From: an uncultured Alphaproteobacteria bacterium
Lineage (GTDB): Bacteria; Pseudomonadota; Alphaproteobacteria; Paracaedibacterales; JAKBAR01
Direction: 5' to 3'
Length of the DNA: 64,000 nucleotides
Assembly (NCBI GenBank): GCA_937896365.1
Contig: CALBMH010000001.1
Coordinates: 10,805 to 74,804, forward strand
The notes under the pieces are model-generated. The model saw only the letters and a list, made by a program, of their open reading frames with translations. It ran no database searches and was not told where the DNA came from. This document shows, piece after piece, positions 60,605-64,000 of the stretch (the stretch's first letter is position 1; every line of letters begins with the position of its first letter). The position numbers were made by a program, and so were the translations under genes.

Positions 60605-61417
60605 GTGAGTTATGCTGTAAATAAAGTGTATGGAAGGGCCACACACCTCGTGATGTATATCCTTTTAATCTTATTGGGTCGGTTGCCTTTTGAGATCTGC
60701 TTCGCTGCTCATCCTGAGCCATGGCAAACACAATTACAACGTGCTGTAACACCCCGCATGGAAGCGATATCCCACATGCATAATTTTCTGCTAGTTGTTA
60801 TCGCTTTTATTGCCCTTGTTGTGACCGCTCTCCTGCTTTTTGTTGTTTTTCGCTTTCGAGAAAAGAAGAACCCTGAGCCTTCGATAACAACTCATCATAC
60901 AATGCTGGAAGTCGTATGGACTGCTATTCCAGCGTTAATTGTCCTTGCTATCGCAATTCCCTCCGTCAAACTCATTTATGAATTTGACCGTTCCGTTGAT
61001 GCTGATATGACAATTAAGGTAACAGCCCACCAGTGGTATTGGTCCTATGAATATGAAGGGCAAAACATTAGTTTCGACAGTCGTTTGGTTCCTGGGGAGG
61101 AACTAAAAGCCACTCAAAAACGGAATCTTGACGTCGACAACCGACTTATTCTTCCTGTGGGGAAAACAGTAAAGTTTCATATTACATCCGCCGATGTGAT
61201 TCATGCGTTTGCGGTCCCTTCCTTTGGTATCCAAAAAAATGCCATTCCTGGGCGAACGAATGAGACGTGGGTGCGCGTCGATCATAAAGGCATTTATTAT
61301 GGCCAGTGTTGGGCCATTTGCGGGGCTAATCATGGTTTTATGCCCATCGCTGTGGAGGTTGTAAGCCAGGAGAAATATGATCAATGGCTCGAAAAGAATA
61401 AAGTTGTACAGCATTAG
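60605..61417 (+). CDS. coxB: cytochrome c oxidase subunit II (aa3-type)
   Basis: Two TMs precede the CuA site DVIHAFAVPSFGIQKNAIPGR..GQCWAICGANHGFMP. Confidence 0.92.
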   Translation: MSYAVNKVYGRATHLVMYILLILLGRLPFEICFAAHPEPWQTQLQRAVTPRMEAISHMHNFLLVVIAFIALVVTALLLFVVFRFREKKNPEPSITTHHTMLEVVWTAIPALIVLAIAIPSVKLIYEFDRSVDADMTIKVTAHQWYWSYEYEGQNISFDSRLVPGEELKATQKRNLDVDNRLILPVGKTVKFHITSADVIHAFAVPSFGIQKNAIPGRTNETWVRVDHKGIYYGQCWAICGANHGFMPIAVEVVSQEKYDQWLEKNKVVQH

Positions 61418-61426
61418 GTAAAATTT

Positions 61427-63028
61427 ATGACAAGCAGCACGCACGCGCATTCTCTTTCTCATCCTCATGAACGTTCTGTCACAGGGTGGCGCCGGTGGCT
61501 TTTAACCACTAATCACAAAGATATTGGGTCACTTTATCTTTGGTTTGCAGGGTTTGCGGGGCTTTTAGGGGGCGTTTTATCCATAATCATTCGCCTGCAA
61601 CTAGCGCATCCGGCAGGTATGGTCTTAGGAGGAAATCACCAGCTCTACAATGTCATTATCACAGCACATGGTTTACTCATGGTCTTTTTCTTAGTCATGC
61701 CTGCGCTGATTGGGGGGTTTGGCAATTGGTTTGTACCGCTTCTTATTGGTGCGCCGGATATGGCGTTTCCAAGGTTGAATGCTATTAGCTTTTGGCTATT
61801 GTTCCCCTCTCTTATTCTCCTCATCCTTGCATCAACGGTGGGCGAAGGGGCAGGTGTGGGGTGGACCTTTTATCCACCGCTGAGTTCCGCATTGGGGCAT
61901 AGCGGCATTGCGGTGGATTTTATGCTTCTTGCTCTTCATATTGCTGGGGCGTCCTCTATTTTGGGAGCCATTAACTTTATTACAACTATTTTCAATATGC
62001 GTTGTCCCGGTATGGGGTTTCATAAAATGCCCCTCTTTGTTTGGGGCATTCTCACCACAGCCTTTCTGCTCCTTTTTTCAATCCCTGTCCTGGCGGGTGC
62101 TATTACCATGCTGATTACAGATCGTAACTTCGGCACAAGCTTCTTCGACCCCGCAGGCGGAGGTGATCCCCTTTTATTCCAACATCTCTTTTGGTTTTTT
62201 GGTCATCCTGAGGTTTATATCATGATCCTTCCCGCCTTTGGGATTATCAGCCATGTCATCTCGACTTTTGCAAAAAAGCCTGTATTCGGGTATAAGGCTA
62301 TGGTCTATGCCATGGTAATTATCGCATTCCTTGGTTTTCTTGTATGGGCACATCATATGTTTACTGTGGGACTTACGCCTGCTGTACGTATTTACTTCAC
62401 TATTGCAACACTGATTATCGGTGTACCTACAGGGATTAAGGTATTTAGTTGGATCGCCACCATGTGGGGTGGATCCATTCGCTTTACAACGCCCATGCTT
62501 TTTGCCGTGGGATTTATTATTCTTTTTACGATGGGCGGGCTTACGGGCATCGTTCTCGCCAATGGTGAAGTCAATGTGGTCTTACACGATACCTATTACG
62601 TAGTGGCGCACTTTCACTACGTGCTTTCCATGGGCTCTGTCATGGCTATTCTTGCAGGCTTTTATTACTGGATTGGGAAGATGTCGGGGTATCAGTACAA
62701 CGAAACCCTGGGAAGACTTCATTTTTGGATGTTTTTTATCGGGGTGAATGTGCTGTTTTTCCCCATGCACTTCTTAGGGCTTGCCGGGATGCCGCGCCGC
62801 ATTCCTGACTACCCGGATGCGTATCACGGGTGGAATTTAGTGGCGTCTTGCGGAGGGGTAGTGGTTCTTCTCTCTACACTGCTTTTTTTGTTCATTGTAT
62901 TTAAAGTATTTTGGGATAAGAAAAAATGTCCCGCCAATCCCTGGGGCCCAAGTGCAGATACATTGGAATGGACACTTCCTTCTCCACCTCCAGAACATTG
63001 TTTTGAAACCTTGCCGAAAATCCTATAG
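61427..63028 (+). CDS. coxA: cytochrome c oxidase subunit I (aa3-type)
   Basis: Subunit I stretches are [27 protein letters not shown] and [13 protein letters not shown]. The product is a 12-TM protein of 533 aa. Confidence 0.97.
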   Translation: MTSSTHAHSLSHPHERSVTGWRRWLLTTNHKDIGSLYLWFAGFAGLLGGVLSIIIRLQLAHPAGMVLGGNHQLYNVIITAHGLLMVFFLVMPALIGGFGNWFVPLLIGAPDMAFPRLNAISFWLLFPSLILLILASTVGEGAGVGWTFYPPLSSALGHSGIAVDFMLLALHIAGASSILGAINFITTIFNMRCPGMGFHKMPLFVWGILTTAFLLLFSIPVLAGAITMLITDRNFGTSFFDPAGGGDPLLFQHLFWFFGHPEVYIMILPAFGIISHVISTFAKKPVFGYKAMVYAMVIIAFLGFLVWAHHMFTVGLTPAVRIYFTIATLIIGVPTGIKVFSWIATMWGGSIRFTTPMLFAVGFIILFTMGGLTGIVLANGEVNVVLHDTYYVVAHFHYVLSMGSVMAILAGFYYWIGKMSGYQYNETLGRLHFWMFFIGVNVLFFPMHFLGLAGMPRRIPDYPDAYHGWNLVASCGGVVVLLSTLLFLFIVFKVFWDKKKCPANPWGPSADTLEWTLPSPPPEHCFETLPKIL

Positions 63029-63153
63029 GAAGAAGAGCCAGCAAGAACCTAAGTCTTCCCGAAAAAAATACACGCTGTTAAATACACGCAAGACCAAAGT
63101 GCCGCCAAAGGCAAAAGTGCTACCCTTCCCCTTGTTAACGACATAAAGCTTCT

Positions 63154-63648
63154 TTAAGCTGCTCGTAGAAAATATTCAACACGCGCAACAGCAGCGTTCT
63201 CATCAATATTTTCAACAACCGCGAGCTCCCTCGCAAAACGCTCAACCGCTGCTTGATAAATTTGGCGCTCGCTGTAAGATTGGTCAGGTTGTGTGGTATT
63301 GCGGTATAAATCACGAATAACCTCAGCAATGGAGCGCGGATCACCAGAATTAATTTTTGTTTCATATTCTTGAGCGCGTCTACTCCACATTGTGCGGCGT
63401 GTTTTGGTCTTTTGCTTAAGACTTTCGAGAGCAACAAGCATATCTTGCTTGCTACTTAAAGAGCGAAGACCAGCATTTTTTGCTTTACCCTGAGGAAGAC
63501 GAAGAATCATACGCTCCCGATCAAAAGAAATGATCATCAGTTCAGCTTTGACACCCTCTACTTCATAGATTTCAAACCCCACAAGTCGCCCAACACCATG
63601 GACAGGATAAACAACGAAATCACCTTCTTTATATCTTCCTTGACTCAT
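63154..63648 (-). CDS. carD: CarD/CdnL-family RNA-polymerase-binding transcription regulator
   Basis: The stretch YKEGDFVVYPVHGVGRLVGFE fits the CarD_TRCF RID domain. The 164-aa size and position next to fdxA are typical of alphaproteobacteria. Confidence 0.85.
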   Translation of the reverse strand: MSQGRYKEGDFVVYPVHGVGRLVGFEIYEVEGVKAELMIISFDRERMILRLPQGKAKNAGLRSLSSKQDMLVALESLKQKTKTRRTMWSRRAQEYETKINSGDPRSIAEVIRDLYRNTTQPDQSYSERQIYQAAVERFARELAVVENIDENAAVARVEYFLRAA

Positions 63649-63740
63649 TACTGTTTCCCTTTTCTAGACTTAATTGTGATATAGACATGGCCAGAATAAA
63701 TATCCACATCTGTCATGTTTGCCATGGTTTATGTTCTTAC

Positions 63741-64000
63741 TTATGCACCCGGTTTTTCGCTCAGATATTGGAGCTTCTCCTTCACATTTCTCCATTTATC
63801 AGCGTCCACAGGAGCTGGTTTTTTTACGGTAATATTGGGCCAAAGAACAGCATATTTTTGGTTAAGCGCCACCCATTCTTCCATTCCCGGCTGAGTATCA
63901 GCTTTGATGGCGTCCACAGGGCATTCAGGGACACACACACCGCAATCAATACACACCTCGGGGTGGATAACAAGCATATTCTCACCCTCATAGAAGCAAT
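63741..64000 (-). CDS. fdxA: 7Fe ferredoxin FdxA (N-terminus outside window)
   Basis: The ORF contains ..[30 protein letters not shown].. and stays open to the window edge. The first cluster motif (CxxCxxC..CP) must lie beyond 64000. Confidence 0.85.
   Translation of the reverse strand, partial: CFYEGENMLVIHPEVCIDCGVCVPECPVDAIKADTQPGMEEWVALNQKYAVLWPNITVKKPAPVDADKWRNVKEKLQYLSEKPGA

Overview
This window reads as a chromosomal segment of an alphaproteobacterium. The supporting synteny is mltA / Tim44-like / secB, fdxA-carD, aa3-type coxBA plus ctaB-ctaG, and a solitary sdhB. By eye it is moderately AT-rich and gene-dense, with no rRNA, CRISPR, IS element or prophage signal. The exact taxon cannot be determined from sequence alone.

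Most of the window is housekeeping:
- secA
- atpHAGD
- groESL with a perfect CIRCE operator
- rpsF-rpsR-rplI, rpmG, rplY and rpoZ
- valS, recO, ftsH and glmM
- folD, dapF, gap and mtaB
- three tRNAs

Several accessory modules are interspersed:
1. An EAL phosphodiesterase fragment next to an RTX-like repeat protein.
2. A BcsA-family glycosyltransferase with a C-terminal PilZ domain. It is paired with an HlyD-like periplasmic adaptor instead of BcsB.
3. A pga (PNAG) locus with unusual gene order. It reads pgaA-pgaB, then a gap, then pgaD-like, pgaC and a second, divergent glmM paralog, the last three translationally coupled.
4. A signal-peptide-bearing protein with a divergent Nudix box.
5. A compact three-gene operon of unrecognisable proteins. 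Their sizes and topologies mimic a GspL/GspM/PilP-type (PilMNOP / MshIJK-like) envelope-spanning subcomplex, but no secretin, ATPase or pilin lies nearby. This is my best candidate for an undescribed system.

Other oddities:
- atpC is displaced about 40 kb from atpHAGD, and an orphan ABC substrate-binding gene is translationally coupled to atpD in its place.
- potF/potG-like genes have no permease genes beside them.
- There are two decayed loci.
- A T8 homopolymer separates a good RBS/ATG from the long ORF of the candidate operon.

All functional calls come from motif and architecture recognition by eye. No searches were run.
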